From a virus, in IMG/VR virus record IMGVR_UViG_3300029179_000007, positions 1 to 43,068 of that record: 43,068 nt of DNA, one strand, 5' to 3'. Under the pieces are notes generated by a model. That model saw only the letters and a program-made list of their open reading frames with translations, made no database searches and had not been told where the DNA came from. Both the position numbers and the translations under genes were made by a program. Positions 42,704-43,068 of the stretch are shown piece by piece (position 1 is the stretch's first letter; every line of letters begins with the position of its first letter).

Positions 42704-43068
42704 ACTGGCTGCTGTCCTTGTTCTTCAGGTTGTTGACCACCCGCAGCTTGGTGTTGCTGAGCTACTAATTGCTGCAATAGCTGCTGAATTTCTTGTTGCA
42801 GTGTGAGGTTCTTAGCGAATTCCTGCGTTGCAGTCTTAGCATAAGCGTCAAACCCACGAACTCCACCAAGAGTCATAATGTGAGCGAACATAGCAGGAAG
42901 TTGAGAACCAAAGGTTTGTTGCAGTGGAGCAGACTGAGCGACCATATTCATACCAGCCATGAGGAAGTCAGTATTAGCCATCTTAGATTTAGGAGTGAAT
43001 CCATCAGCCATTTCAAATTGAAGATTAAGCTGCTGTAGTTTCTCAATGGATACAGGAAGCGGTTCGTT
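42700..43068 (-). CDS. Portal protein, C-terminal part (42970-43068 duplicates 1-99)
   Basis: In frame with 1..1731 across the closure. Q-rich tail ...LQQEIQQLLQQLVAQQHQAAGGQQPEEQGQQPV. Confidence 0.8.
   Translation of the reverse strand, partial: NEPLPVSIEKLQQLNLQFEMADGFTPKSKMANTDFLMAGMNMVAQSAPLQQTFGSQLPAMFAHIMTLGGVRGFDAYAKTATQEFAKNLTLQQEIQQLLQQLVAQQHQAAGGQQPEEQGQQPV
42970..43068. repeat. Second copy of the 99-bp terminal overlap
   Basis: Identical to 1-99. Confidence 0.95.

Noticed and set aside
42700-43011. The 103-aa minus-strand ORF (MADGFTPKSK...) as an independent gene
   Set aside because: It is in frame with the open minus-strand reading frame 1..1731 across the 99-bp closure. It is simply the C-terminal end of the portal ORF, and its Met is internal.
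1-43068. A lysogeny module, RNA polymerase, tRNAs or defence/anti-defence operons of known type (retron, DGR, TA, CBASS-like)
   Set aside because: I could read no integrase, recombinase, repressor, reverse transcriptase, single-subunit RNAP, cyclase or toxin-antitoxin signatures in any frame. This absence is based on inspection by eye only.

Overview
The window is a complete tailed-phage genome of about 42,969 bp, either circular or circularly permuted. Bases 1-99 are identical to 42970-43068, and the join falls in frame inside the portal ORF. There are two arms. (i) The plus-strand early/replication arm (about 4.1-23.3 kb) is driven by several near-consensus sigma70-type promoters and punctuated by rho-independent terminators. 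It encodes a RecD/Dda-like SF1 helicase, a Cas4-like PD-(D/E)XK nuclease, a DEDDh exonuclease, a RecA-like AAA ATPase, a possible SSB, a family A DNA polymerase, a DUF3987-like NTPase, a MazG-like pyrophosphatase and many small ORFs. (ii) The minus-strand late arm runs from 3971 down through base 1, wraps to 43068 and continues down to 23381. It encodes small and large terminase, portal, a dNMP kinase, scaffold, an HK97-fold major capsid protein, adaptor/fibre proteins, a holin plus M15 endolysin cassette, a 1034-aa tail protein and three internal-virion/ejection-type proteins, one of 1853 aa. I found no integrase, repressor, phage RNA polymerase, primase, tRNA, CRISPR array or transposon. Most interesting observations: (1) a short amphipathic peptide (F/I-x-D/x-L-L-basic) recurs at the extreme termini of several replication proteins and of three head/adaptor proteins, which suggests a shared docking or membrane-targeting tag. 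(2) A 54-aa first early gene, too short for the ORF track, looks like a UBA / EF-Ts N-terminal (TS-N) domain. (3) A 520-bp ORF-free, G-depleted, iteron-like region with an AT-rich core is a candidate origin or control hub. (4) A roughly 117-nt rod-like structured element lies in the head operon just after an oddly placed dNMP kinase gene. All functional calls come from motifs read by eye. No database search was possible.
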